64,000 nucleotides of DNA from Kudoa neothunni (lineage: Eukaryota > Animalia > Cnidaria). Of this stretch, positions 40,157-51,409 are shown piece after piece. Each line of letters begins with the position of its first letter. The stretch's first letter is position 1. A program made the translations under genes and the position numbers. The stretch covers positions 12,901,843-12,965,842 of the forward strand of contig OZ199838.1 in NCBI GenBank assembly GCA_964304625.1, given 5' to 3'. The notes under the pieces were generated by a model that worked only from the letters and a program-made list of their open reading frames with translations, was not told the origin of the DNA and did no database searches.

Positions 40157-40990
40157 CAGTCAAACCCAGTTTATTCGAAATCGGTGTATATTTTAAATGA
40201 AAAAATTTCGTCTAACCGAAGATTAAATAACCGCAATCCGAAACAACTCTTTGCTGGAATTTTCGGATAAAGTGCTCTTCACGCATACCCATTTTATGTT
40301 AAACACGACTAAATGTAACGTTAATATAACTTTATTTGAGAAGTTTTCGGATAAGTTCATAATTAATTTACATAAAAAACTTTAGAATTTCAAACTAATA
40401 AATTTTTATTTAAATTTAGGGAATCATTTTACAACTGGTTTGAATATAAGTTAGTCTAACGTCGCGCAGTTAAAAAATGTCAGAAATACATGACCAAAAG
40501 CGTCCAAGAATTGTTTCAAAGCTAAGCGATAAAGCATTTATCTGTGAAATAAAATCGAGTAGTCCAAGAATGACTCTATCCGAAATATCGCATGCTTTTT
40601 ACAGGGGAAAAAGATTGAAAATTGGGAAAAGCAATATTGCAGATATTCTACGCAACCCCAATAAATGGAATATGATTGAATCTTCGAATCGCATGATATC
40701 TCGGCGGTAAACATGACAAACTTGAAAAAGCCCTTTACTTGTGGATAGATCAAGTCAATGCACAAAACGTGTGTATTAATGGGAATATTATTCTGGAAAA
40801 GGCAAAAGAATTCGCCATTAAGCTCGGAATAGAGGATATTTCCTTTTCTTCTGGATGGCTTCATCGTTTTAAGAAACGATATGAAATTTCGTCAAAATAT
40901 GTTCAGGGAGAAGCCTGTTCCGTGGCCATTGAAGATGTTGAGAAATATTCTTCATTGATTAGCAATAAGGTAACAATGTTATTAAAATGA
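40157..40990 (+). mobile_element. 5' fragment of a Tigger/pogo transposon (CENP-B-type HTH domains)
   Basis: TIR TA-CAGTCAAACCCAGTTTAT. ORFs SKLSDKAFIC..KIGKSNIADILRN and LWIDQVNAQNVCINGNIILEKAKEFA..FSSGWLHRFKKRY..VQGEACSV (HTH_Tnp_Tc5-like). Truncated before the DDD domain. Confidence 0.88.
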
Positions 40991-41074
40991 ATTTAATGAC
41001 TTTTTTTATTTAAAAGTGTTGGAATTATATGAAACGCGCATATATACTTCTATTTTTAGTTATAAAACATGTTG

Positions 41075-41154
41075 TATGGCTCTAATGGAGTTAGTATTTA
41101 AAAAATATATGGCCTTTGTAGCTCTCTCTCACCAAAAAAGGTTCCCGACTCCTG
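41075..41154. mobile_element. Isolated 3' end of a hAT MITE
   Basis: GCTCTCTCTCACCAAAAAAGGTTCCCGACTCCTG (reverse complement CAGGAGTCGGGAACC), a hAT-type terminus. The partner end was not found. Confidence 0.5.
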
Positions 41155-42217
41155 ATTTATAATATTTACCCTATGTTGTGTTGCGCGCGCGCGATCATAG
41201 AAATTACGGACCGACCATCACCGCTGTATCTTTATAATGATTAAAATAAGTGACTCAAAATTAGTTACTTTTATATTTATTATGGGTTTTTGTTTGATTT
41301 ATACATTTATTTACAATAACTTAACTAAATATATTATTATCATTTAATATTATATTGGGTTACTTTTTTTTTCTTCAATATATTCATCAACTTAATTTAA
41401 ATAATTTTACTAAAATTAACATTTTTACATACGAATTACATTTGTAATAAAAATAACTCTTAGCTTCAATAGATATGATTTTAATTGAAACATTGGTGTA
41501 GAGATTTGTGCTGTGACTTTACCACATGGTGCAACTCGATCAATTTATCATGGTCTTATCTTATATCTACATTCAAAGCTACAGTAGAGGAATAGATTTA
41601 GTTAATTTATATTTATAATTGCCTTTAAGGAATATCACGTTATTTTCTTAATAATTGATGTAATCTGGTCCAAATTGGAACCCATCGGTACACGCGTCAT
41701 TTCTTCGAATACCATACGGGTATGATTAATTTCTAAGAAAAGTGGGAAAAAAATTTTAAACCTATACAACAATTTATATAATTAATTTTAAAAAAATCAA
41801 CTCTATAAATAACATTGTAGGTATACATACACTTAAAATTAGACGTAGCCAAGCTCTCAATAATCAGATGAAGTCCCAGCATTGGCACGTAGGCAAATGG
41901 GTTCGAATGTAAATAAAGTTACGTTATCACAATTAGCAAAAACTGTTTATTTAAATATGCCTAAACTGCCATAAATAGAAAAATAATTTATTTTTAGTCT
42001 TAATAAATGGTTGAAAGGAGGGGATAATTCCCAAAACATACGAACTAAGATAATTAAAACATTAATTTATAAAAATTAAAAATTTTATCGGGAAAAAATG
42101 TAATCCCACATTTTTAAATTCAGACTTGAAATGTCTAAAATAAGAAAAAAGATATTCATTGTCGTAAGAATAGCCACTTCCTAGCTAAAACAGAAACCCC
42201 GAATACGTTAAGATTAA

Positions 42218-43330
42218 CCCTCCCGGGACTATGCGGGGTGTTTCGAGACCCATTTTTCTTAAATCTGTGTTTTTAACCTATCAAAACTCTAAATTCTAGC
42301 CTGTAGGTTCGTGTGATCTCCTATAATTATGCCAAGTTTGTTTATATGAACTTTTGTAAAAAAGAGACGATATACATTCTGGTAAAAAATATGTTCAATG
42401 TGCCGTCGATTTATTAACACGCCTTAAAAATCATGTTTTAAGCGTAATATCAAATTTTATCTTATTATATAGAAATTAAGTAATTATAATGACACGAGTG
42501 AATAAAAAATACAAGGAGAACGTTATAGTTTTGATTTCCCTCATGTTGTATAATAGGATTCCGATGATATCAAAGGATAGTTTTAGGGATTCACGTTAAT
42601 ACTTACCAAAACGTGTTAATCCTCAATAATTAAGGGCGGTATCATATTTTTGGTATGTTTTTATAACATTCATTAATTTTTATCATTTATTAATATATGA
42701 CGTTTCAATTTGTCCTATAACGCCCATACATATTTTCTTTCTATATGCAGTATTATCATAATGGAGTAAATTATGCAATTTCGATTCATCTTTAAATATT
42801 TAATTAGTGTGGTGCAAAAGTAATGAATGAAGAAAAGAAAATATCATTTTTGAGAAAATATAACTTAATAAGAAAACCCCAAAAATAAACATTAATTAAA
42901 ATTTAGACTATAACACATTTTTATTCCGTTCAGTAAATTAAATCAAATATAATCCCAACAATCAATCAACGTAGAGATTACCGAGATCAACCATGTGTGT
43001 TATTATTTGCGAAAGGAATAACCGGAAGACATTTATCTTATTTCCGACCGATCGAAAATGATTTGAAATGTTTGTGTCTATCTTATAACTTGGCTATAAG
43101 AGATAGATTGTAAGCGGTTATATTGGTAACACTTATTGCTTATTGAAATTTCCTATTGATTCACTTATTAATTTGATTATTCGGTTACCGTTTTTAAAAG
43201 TTATAAATATACCATTTGTAAATTTAAAAAATTAAGAGAAAATACAATCGCTATCGTTTAAAATTTCTGGAGTACTTGAGGTACCCCCATGGTTACACGC
43301 GTAAGTTTTTTGAGCACGGTCCTTTGAGGG
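42218..43330 (+). mobile_element. Non-autonomous piggyBac derivative
   Basis: TTAA at 42214-42217 and 43331-43334. TIRs CCCTCCCGGGAC / CCCTCAAAGGAC. Weak remnant MISKDSF/GIHV near 42564 (cf. MPSKPxKYGI). Confidence 0.62.
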
Positions 43331-45864
43331 TTAATAAGTTCCAGAGGCAGTTGGAGAGGTTAAGATAAGATATATATATATAGTTTGGAAAATCGAAAAA
43401 TTATTAATAATACAATTTTGTAATTTAAATAACACAAAACATTGTTTATTGTTTTATTAACGTTTGATTTATTACTAATAGAAAATTCCCCCAGTTTAAT
43501 GTCGATATATCTCCGAAATTGAGCTCCTCCCCATACAAAACCCATGATTATGGTTTCATTCGCAATTCGTGCCTTAAATTTATAGTTAACATAAATTTCA
43601 TTCGTGTTTCGTGCCAAGATTTAGGCTTGGTACTTAATTCGTGAAAACACAAACGAATATACGAAAGTGCATTTTCTGGTATACTCAATGTGACTCCGTA
43701 AATTCATCTTGATCTCGCATATTTTTCGCATTATTTTTTCATGTTTTTTACATGAAATAAGAATATAGAGCGATGAAACCCCAAATCAAAATAAATAATT
43801 CAAAATTCCAATATTTTCTTGCTATAATCTTCCGTTGACAAATATGAGTTTTTCTGTGGTTTAAGGTTGAGAATGTTCTAAAATATTTTAGTATATCTCC
43901 GTGAAAATATATCTTGATTATAAAATTACTTGTAGCAGCTAATTAATATTAAATTATGAAAAATCAAGTAACTAGGAACGATGATTATATTTATATGATT
44001 CTAAATGATTCTCGACCTTTTCTTTATTTCAAAATAAATTTCCCATTAATAATTTTACAACGTTCGAGTTATCGCAAATATATAAGATTCAACTCTCCTT
44101 GATTATGCATGCGCCAACCAAGTTTAATACGTCTCATAAAGTTAACAGCAGTATAAGGTAAAATAACAAGAACTACCATTCTCAACATTTCGGGACAAAT
44201 ATGCAATATATTTTCAAATTTATTAATATTCCCTTGTATTCTCAATGTTTGAAAATCATTGTCATAAGTTATATTGTTGAAGATCAATTATGCTGAAAAG
44301 CTTATTGATTCAAGATTTATGTCGGTTAGATTGATTTTTTTTTCATTAGGGGGAAATTTATAAAAAATAAAATAATTAATGCAATGATGTTAATATAAGT
44401 TTTTGAAATTTGGATAGAAAAAATTCTCTCAATAAATGAAACATGTATTAGACGCTGTTGAAACGTTACACAAATATATATTAATTAATAGTGCATTCAT
44501 TTATTTAAACCTAAATGCCATACGAAGGTAAATACACCATGTTAGTTAAGTAACACCACAAAATAAGCTTGCGTTTTGACATAGGCAGCAAAATATTCAC
44601 GAAACTTAAATCTAAAGAACATAAAAACAATTATTATGCTAAATGATTGCAAATACCTCAAAAAATGTTTAAATAGAAAAATGTTGTAACCTTTCAAATA
44701 AAAATTACCATTAATATTTGTTTTATAAATCGCCCATATTATTTACACAATTAAAACCTATGTTGTATGATATACTAACTATAAAAAGATTTTTTCTTAG
44801 ATTCGGACTAAAAATAGCCCCCCTTACAACTTCAACGAATTATAAAAGATGACTTGATTTTCTCGAATGAACATAAACCAGCTTAAACTGTTTAAAGGGA
44901 GAGGGATTATAACAAGAAAATATTGTAATATTGAATTAATTATTTTGATTTTGTTTATTCATCGCTACATATTCTTTTTTATGTAAAAAATAACCATGAA
45001 AAAATGAAAGAGAAAGAATTCTCGATCATGGTGATTTTTTTGAGTCACACGCTCCCAATTACTTTTAGATGGCATAATGCATCCCCTATTACATAGATGG
45101 CAACGGAAATTTCATTGGACCATAATATCTAAGTGAGTTTAGTTTTGACTGGTGTTAATTACAACAAATAAAATTTATGCTTCGAATATAAACAAGAGTT
45201 GTTGTTGTGATTAAAAAGATGCGTTGCACTAGCCACTGTCTTTCTACAATAAAGATCGTTCCAAATTTAAAATTAAAAAAGTTATAGGATGTATTTTCGA
45301 GTTAGTTATTTATTCAATTCACAACGAAATATCATATTAGGTCATATTTCAGAGGTATCTTTTATTATTGAGGAAACGTGGTATTATTGAATGGGGTGTT
45401 TTCGGAAGTCACGTGTACAGCAATTATCCTACTTAGTTTCGAATTTATAGTGCTAAGAAAATCCAGTTCACAATATCCTCAAATTAATGAGAATATATGC
45501 GAGTTTACTGACAAACTTACAGCATTAAATCTAATCTACTTGTTTGAAGAATGTTTATTTACACACTTACACCTACCAGATTTAAGAGTACGTGGGCAGT
45601 TCGATTTATTGAGAACTACATTTCCACATAATGCCTCTATCAGGTTTACTATAAGGAATCTTATATATTATACCAGATAAGAAAATTGTCTATCAAGATG
45701 TTCACGTTGTTGAAATAGCTAATTAATGCCTCAAATAGAGCTACAAAACTTTCCGAATAATTCAGGATAAAAGCTATATCTAATATATTTATTCCTCAAG
45801 AATATAAATAAAAAATTTATAGAGTTGCGTAATAAACAATCCAGTTGAGCTGTGAACCCAAGCA

Positions 45865-46414
45865 TACATATTTCATGGGAAATATGTAGGCGGTGGTAGA
45901 CAATAAACTAAAGTGCATCCCACAGGAATTGGTTACCCTTTCAGTTTAAAACACAAGATAATTGGGCTACATTGCCGAAAACTCCCATGAAATAAGTAAA
46001 AAATATTCTGTACCGAAGAGGATATTCCCAACCGGCCGAACATGCTGTTTCTATTCATTAGTAACACTAAATTGGCATAAATAAATGATTATCTGATACA
46101 TGTGGGTAACAATCCTGGCAATATGAATTGTCTGTTATGTATGTGGTGTGGAAATTGTTTTCAAACTTCGTTGAATGTGACATAGAAACTAATTTTGCTT
46201 GGATGCAAACAAAATCTAAAGCCTCCAAACTTAATTACAGTAATTTTGGGAGGCATTATTGGACTCTTGGGAGTAATTAGAGAGAATGCCTACTAAACTC
46301 CCATGTTGGTTTAATTAGGCGAAAATCGAGTGTTAAGGGCACCAAAACAAATGGTATTAAGTATCCTACGTATTATCGCCGCACAAGTTAACAAACAGAG
46401 ATTTTCCCACGAAA
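45865..46414. promoter_or_regulatory. Putative enhancer: cluster of TCCCA/TGGGA motifs upstream of the homeobox gene
   Basis: Eight TCCCA/TGGGA cores (45876, 45918, 45983, 46026, 46247, 46268, 46299, 46405), including TCCCATGAAA twice and TTCCCACG, interleaved with TAATTA. Confidence 0.35.
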
Positions 46415-47014
46415 ACTATAATATCGAATATATCCATATATATCCTGATAAACAGAGTCAACTATCAAGTAAAATAATAAAAGGGGTGGTAAAACCGAAA
46501 GGTGGCCAAGATGCTAACCTAGATTTAGCATGATTCCAACATGGTCTTAGGCCACATTTGTATCATTGGCTGGCTTAATAATGTAATCAACAAACAATTA
46601 CAATAAATTTTTATATAACATAAAATATTCAATTCTTCTCTCATTCAAAATATTATATAATAAAAATATACTGCTTGCAATTAAAAAAACTAGAATATTC
46701 TCTAGTCATTATTGTTGAAAGATGTTTTCAAATTAATTGTAATCTGGATATTGATGGGTAGTTTTAACGCCTCTTTAATATATAATCGGGTCAAAGAGCC
46801 GTTAGTTAACGTTGAGAACACCTCGTTGTAAAACAAACATCAAAGTGGTAATCTGGTTTAAAAGCTTTGAGAATAACCACCAAATTTAGCGCGTTACATC
46901 ATTGCCAATAGCTCCATAGTTGTTTTTGGTTGTTGTTCGGAATAGAAAATTGTTGTAGTGAGTGTTTGAGGTGGTGTACATTGTGTCTAAGCTGTTGCCA
47001 CCATTTTAGGTATC

Positions 47015-49027
47015 ATGTCTATGGATACCGACGAAAATACCATTACATCTGAATCTAATACAGTTATATCTTCAGGTAATTCTTCTGCTTATACCTTCAT
47101 ATTCACTTAATAGTGTGAAATGTCTCGTTTTGAGTGTGTTCTGGTTGTGAGATATGGTAGGGTTGGGTTGGAGGAGCCAAATCCACTGGCCACAACTCAC
47201 ACCTCTAAATGACTCGCAGTGTACAATCAACTGATTTTAATGTTTTTATAGCCGTCGCACACACTGAAAACACATACAATGGTGCCATGGAAGGAAATCC
47301 ATCCTAGTAATAAGCTGCTTATTTTTGTCTTATGATATTGTTGGATATTGCGGGAATTCAATTTTGACATATTCTCAATGCATATAGCGTTGAAATACCT
47401 GGAAATTATTCATTAGAAGGAATCTCATTTGATGCAAACAATTCGATGGCGTTTTCTTCATCTCTTGCTACATTTAACGAAGGTAATATATGTAAATTAT
47501 TGAGTTGAGTTGTGAGGAGCGTTAATTTTGGTGTTTAATTTTTCAGCCTTATTGAGAATTATATTGCCGTTTTCGTTGGTGGTAGCAATTAATTAAAATA
47601 TTTACGGTTGAGCGCTGATGTTTGAAGGTGGATGAGACGCGTGAACTTTTCACGTCTTCGTGTCCATTCACCGATAACGTTGGCATACTTGGCATACTTG
47701 AATTAGTTTTTGGGTAGTTTTGTTGGTGTTGTTTATTTTTACTCCTCGCCATTATTGATACCGGCTGATTTCACATAATTATTTGATCTGTTACCGTCGG
47801 TTTATGTGCGTAATGGCTTTAATTCTAGACAAAATCGACTCCACTACTATGTGTGATGAAAATGCTATATCCACAACCGATATAGCTGACGATAACAATG
47901 ATGACGATTTAGCCAACAACAACTCCACTCCCAATCGCCGTGTTAGATTCAAATACACCAAGCTTCAGCTGAGGCGTTTCGAAGATCACTTTCGAATGAA
48001 TATGTTTCCAGATTCGATTATACGTGAGGAAATTTCCAAAGAACTCAATATTCCTGTCCGTAATGTGCAGGTGTGGTTCAAAAATAGACGGGCCAAACAT
48101 CGCAAATCTGCCCAATTGGACTCTCCAATTCTTCGTCCTACCTTGAAAATTCCACAATTCTTCCAACACCTGATCGAAATAGCGGCTTCCATTCGAATAA
48201 CTATTCTTTCAACAATTCAATTAACCAACATTTTAACACTCAAAACAATCCCCAGTCCAACTCATTTTTGCTTACCAACCACCCCTCCTATCCCACTTCT
48301 GCCAATAATTCATCTAGTGGCAGTTGCTTGCCACCAAACACTAGCTATATGTTGAATAGCCAACAATTTTCTGGTGTTTTGGGTGTACCGTCTGTGAGCA
48401 GTATATCCAGCAATCATGCTGCTACGTCTAGTTCCCAATCAAACGCTTCTACCACAGTCAACAATCTGTTGCATTATCCCCAGTACCGGGGTAACCATAT
48501 GCTGCCTACTCCTCCCCCTAGTGCATTCTACAAAAATGAGCACAGCAAATATGTGATGCCATCTGACGCCACTCTCAATAATAATGGTACCGCTGCTATG
48601 AATTCTTCGATGTATGGATCAGTCGGCATGGCTTCTACGAGGACCCACTCCACTGTCAAACAATCCATTCCTCATAAATTTACCTTCTGGTGCTGTTTAT
48701 CCTCAACAGCATTTTCATCCCCAACAACATTTCAACCCACCATCCATGGCTCAATTCAATAACTCCTTGAATTCTCAACGTCAGATGTTTTATCACGGTG
48801 GTGTTGGTGTTCATCATCCTAATGTGTTGGGATCAGCTACTAACAATAACGACTCCTCTTGTCGAAACGAAAACGTTCACATGTGCAGCAATTCGACCAA
48901 ATCTGAGAGTAAAATACACGACTCAAATGACAGCTGGGCCAACGATGCTAACAACAAGAAATCTTCGAAACCATCATCAGCTGTTTCTGACTTTCTTCCC
49001 GAGAACTATTTGAAACCGTTGATATAG
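47015..49027 (+). CDS. PRD-class K50 homeodomain transcription factor (Otx/Dmbx/Pitx/Gsc group)
   Basis: Phase-consistent exons 47015-47075, 47252-47306, 47388-47482 and 47829 onward. Homeodomain RRVRFKYTKLQLRRFEDHFRMNMFPDSIIREEISKELNIPVRNVQVWFKNRRAKHRK with Lys50. S/N/P/Q/H-rich tail with two compensating frameshifts (near 48115 and 48640). AATAAA at 49039. Confidence 0.88.
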
Positions 49028-49354
49028 TTTTATGTTACAATAAATGCACTGATTAAGTTTTTTTGGTTGTTCTTATTGGTCCTGTGTGTTTATTGATATG
49101 TGTTGAGTAGTTTGGGCAGTTACGAGCATAGTTTTTTGTTTGTTTCCATGTCTACATAGTTTTGAGATGTCACTATATAAACGCCCTTTTTTGTTGGAAA
49201 CAAGTTAGTGGGTCTGTTGACAAAAACAATAAACGTCCAATTACATGGTAATAATGGGGCGCGGTTTCTAGGCTATTTGTGTTTTTCGTTTGGATTTATT
49301 TTTGAGGGCTACCTAATGTACACCAATCCAAAATATAGTAAATTTGAATGCTGA

Positions 49355-49865
49355 ATGTCTAAACGTTGTTATTATTTGTTTTTCATATCTAATCTAGTAG
49401 ATCTACTTAAAAGCAATAACATGGCTTGTCCACTTGAATACATTGTTTTAATGACTTTTATGAGCGACCCACCTAGAATTAGACACATTTTTAGTGTGTT
49501 GCTTGGCGTGGGACATATGTTTCCTGAATACAAAGTGTTTAAGGAAGCATTGGAAACCGTTGATCGAAGTGATTCTTGTTGAAAGCCCACTTTTTGTGAC
49601 TGTCAATTACCCACAAAAACTTTTCCAACTACATCCGATAATTTCCTACAATTACTATCAACTAAATCCCTATCTGGCTGGACTTTACGATAGGGAGCAA
49701 CGACATATTGGCTACAATTTCACCTATTCGTCCATTTGCAAAGCGGTGGAAAACTTAGAAACCGTATGTGCTAATCATTATTGTTGGCCTTCATTTAATC
49801 CACATGGAGATCTTTTCTACGTTGATACAGGAGATTTAGTATCAACCTACAAAACTCTCCAATAA
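49355..49865 (+). CDS. Uncharacterised small protein (two overlapping ORFs joined by a 1-nt shift)
   Basis: ORF 49355-49582 and ORF 49494-49865 join into about 150 aa of normal-complexity sequence if one base near 49567 is removed. Coding-like composition; no recognisable domain. Confidence 0.45.
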
Positions 49866-51409
49866 ACCACCTACCAATAAATATGCCATACATGCGTGGC
49901 TTTTTTGGGATTCTGTACTGTGGTATAAATATGTGGTTAAATTTAAGGTTTTTTTTAATCCAATCTACTTTGTTCGTGTCTTTATTTATTTTTCTTTTCA
50001 AACAAAACAACTAGTGTAGATCAAATACATTTTTTTGGAACTTTTTATGTTTAAAACAACTATTTTTTTTCTTTTTACCGGTATTATCTTATTTTTTGCG
50101 TCAGCAAGATTAATTGTACGGGGCCTAGGGAAAAAATTTGCAGCTGAGAAAATATTTATGATGCAGAATAAGAAGTTAGATTTAAGATCCAAACAATTTT
50201 CGATTTCAACTATTTGAAATAAAGAATAAATTCTCAAATGGAGCCCTAATAGCAATAGCCCATGGAAGATGGAGAAAACATCATCCAATACGTTTATTGG
50301 TGATCTGGCGCACCTTTTGTTTTTTTACAAAAACGCGAACGCCTAAAAACAAGTCATCTACGATATATTTATAGCTTTATAACTTGGATTTGTAAGTGCT
50401 ACTTTTAAGGCTCACTTCGCTAGGTAACTCACACCTTTCTAGGTTGCTGCCCATTTGTTCATCTTTCTACACAAATCTAAGTTCAAATCATACAATTTAT
50501 GAGAGTTACTTCGGTAGGTGGTTCGACGTTCTCCTCCAACCAGCTAAAAAAATTACACAAGAAATGTGGCTATGAAATGAAATAGGGGCATCCAAAGCAT
50601 GTAATTCGGTAATTCGTTTAGGCATTAAATTAATCAATGTGACTGCGTAAACTAACTTCCCTTAAGAAATATCATCTTATCCACATATGTGGTACGTTTC
50701 AAATACGTACATTGCAGTTATCAAACGATATTACTTAATTATTACGAAAATATTAAATGTTCAACTTCTATCTTAACGTTTAAAGCTTCAAATAAATATC
50801 CGTATCTGACTGATATTACTCAAAAGAGATTTCATTATTAATAATAAATTTATTTCTATAATTACATACGGTAAAAGTAAGTTTTTAACAGAATTTATGC
50901 GAATATTTTTTATGATTACTTTTACGAAGATTCGTTGATGGTATGGCTTATTTTAATTTTTTATTGATAATTTTGTTTTAAAAAGTAAACATATTTAACG
51001 ACTATAATATTTTTTATCAACCCTTATTATATTACTTTTCATTAAATGTATTACTAAATATATTTAAAATATTATATATCTTTTGCCAATTTAATCACTC
51101 TAATTTTGTATAAGTGCGTAAAACCAGTCACTAACTCACATTATTGTAGCAGTTCCGATTTAATTTACATTTTTACAAATTAATTATTTAAACTCTTTAA
51201 ATTTTAAATTAAGAACTACTTACACGAGAAAATTATCTATTTCCTTCTAATAATGAAAGTTAGTGATTGTTATTTATATTAATGCTTTGCGCCTTAAAAA
51301 ATTAAAATAAGACTACTTAAGGGTTAGAGAAAAGTTCGGAGACCCCATTTAAACAATAAAGTACTGTTGATCTACTTCCACTTGCATCCCAATCTAAAGT
51401 TCACAATCT

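Larger units (their letters stand above)
38611..42181. mobile_element. Long-TIR (about 210 bp) MULE/Mutator-like element containing nested TE fragments
   Basis: 38611-38820 is the reverse complement of 41971-42181 with scattered mismatches; TGGCTATTCTTACGACAATGAATATCTTTTTTC is identical. Weak minus-strand remnant DYINY*ENNVI near 41630-41670 resembles MULE xFxxYFxxxYI. No TSD found. Confidence 0.7.

Noticed and set aside
43360-45680. Short ORFs 43360-43617, 44069-44287 and 45378-45680
   Set aside because: No domains or splice support; expected by chance.
47549-47752. Antisense 67-aa ORF in the homeobox intron
   Set aside because: Short, low complexity and without a domain; explained by GT-rich intron composition.
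47909-48192. Antisense ORFs over the homeobox, and similar shadow ORFs at 6001, 10901, 12672, 13147, 21660, 33503, 35459, 54520
   Set aside because: Shadows of real coding exons or transposases on the opposite strand.
50480-50545. GGTTCGAC B-box-like sequence
   Set aside because: No cloverleaf or A-box could be built.
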